From: an uncultured Actinomycetota bacterium
GTDB taxonomy: Bacteria > Actinomycetota > Actinomycetes > JACCUZ01
Length of the DNA: 64,000 bases
NCBI GenBank assembly: GCA_963757295.1
Contig: CAVWQZ010000007.1
Span: forward strand, 14,303-78,302
Reading direction: 5' to 3'
The translations under genes and the position numbers were made by a program. Below, in pieces: positions 63,939 through 64,000 of the stretch (the first letter of the stretch is position 1; every line of letters starts with the position of its first letter). The notes under the pieces were generated by a model. That model was not told the DNA's origin. It searched no databases and saw nothing but the letters and a program-made list of their open reading frames with translations.

Positions 63939-64000
63939 ATGTTCGTTCAGGTCATCCAAGGAAAGGTCAGCGACGCCGGAGAGGCGCACACGGCACTGGA
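63939..64000 (+). CDS. 5' end of an unidentified ORF running off the window
   Basis: ATG preceded by GAGGAGG. It encodes MFVQVIQGKVSDAGEAHTAL. Confidence 0.3.
   Translation, partial: MFVQVIQGKVSDAGEAHTAL

Overview
This is a high-GC chromosomal segment, apparently from an actinobacterium; the genus cannot be determined from this window. The backbone is the conserved housekeeping and SOS neighbourhood: ABC exporter, beta-carbonic anhydrase, DUF3046, DUF2252, recA, recX, miaB, miaA, dapF, hflX, a DinG-like helicase, lexA, a LysM (chiZ-like) gene, nrdR and nrdJ. A respiratory nitrate reductase and molybdenum cofactor block follows (mobA, moeA, narIJHG, a regulator, narK). After that comes a visibly less GC-rich accessory stretch from about 51.4 to 64 kb. 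It carries a CYTH-like protein, SulP/STAS transporters, a PQQ-type dehydrogenase with PKD domains, a TIM-barrel isomerase, a STAS protein, and a TetR gene coupled to a hydrolase-glycosyltransferase fusion. Many core genes are interrupted by short indels, so the ORF track shows them in pieces. I rebuilt them by joining frames, so coordinates near frameshifts and some starts and stops are approximate. I found no rRNA, tRNA or CRISPR array. The observations most worth a second look are: (1) a two-gene insertion between the LysM gene and nrdR, encoding a lipoprotein and a secreted peptidase that carries three tandem repeats of an unrecognised cysteine-pair domain; (2) a 2.1 kb island directly after nrdJ, flanked by ~77 bp direct repeats that begin inside the last nrdJ codons and are built from ~22 bp-spaced GGTCAGCAATGTCC-like units; (3) an IS481-family remnant abutting a duplicated dapF 3' end; (4) three paralogous secreted peptidase-like proteins, two of which share a conserved 5' leader; (5) the very uneven density of frameshifts. 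None of these amounts to a demonstrated new system; all functional readings are inference.
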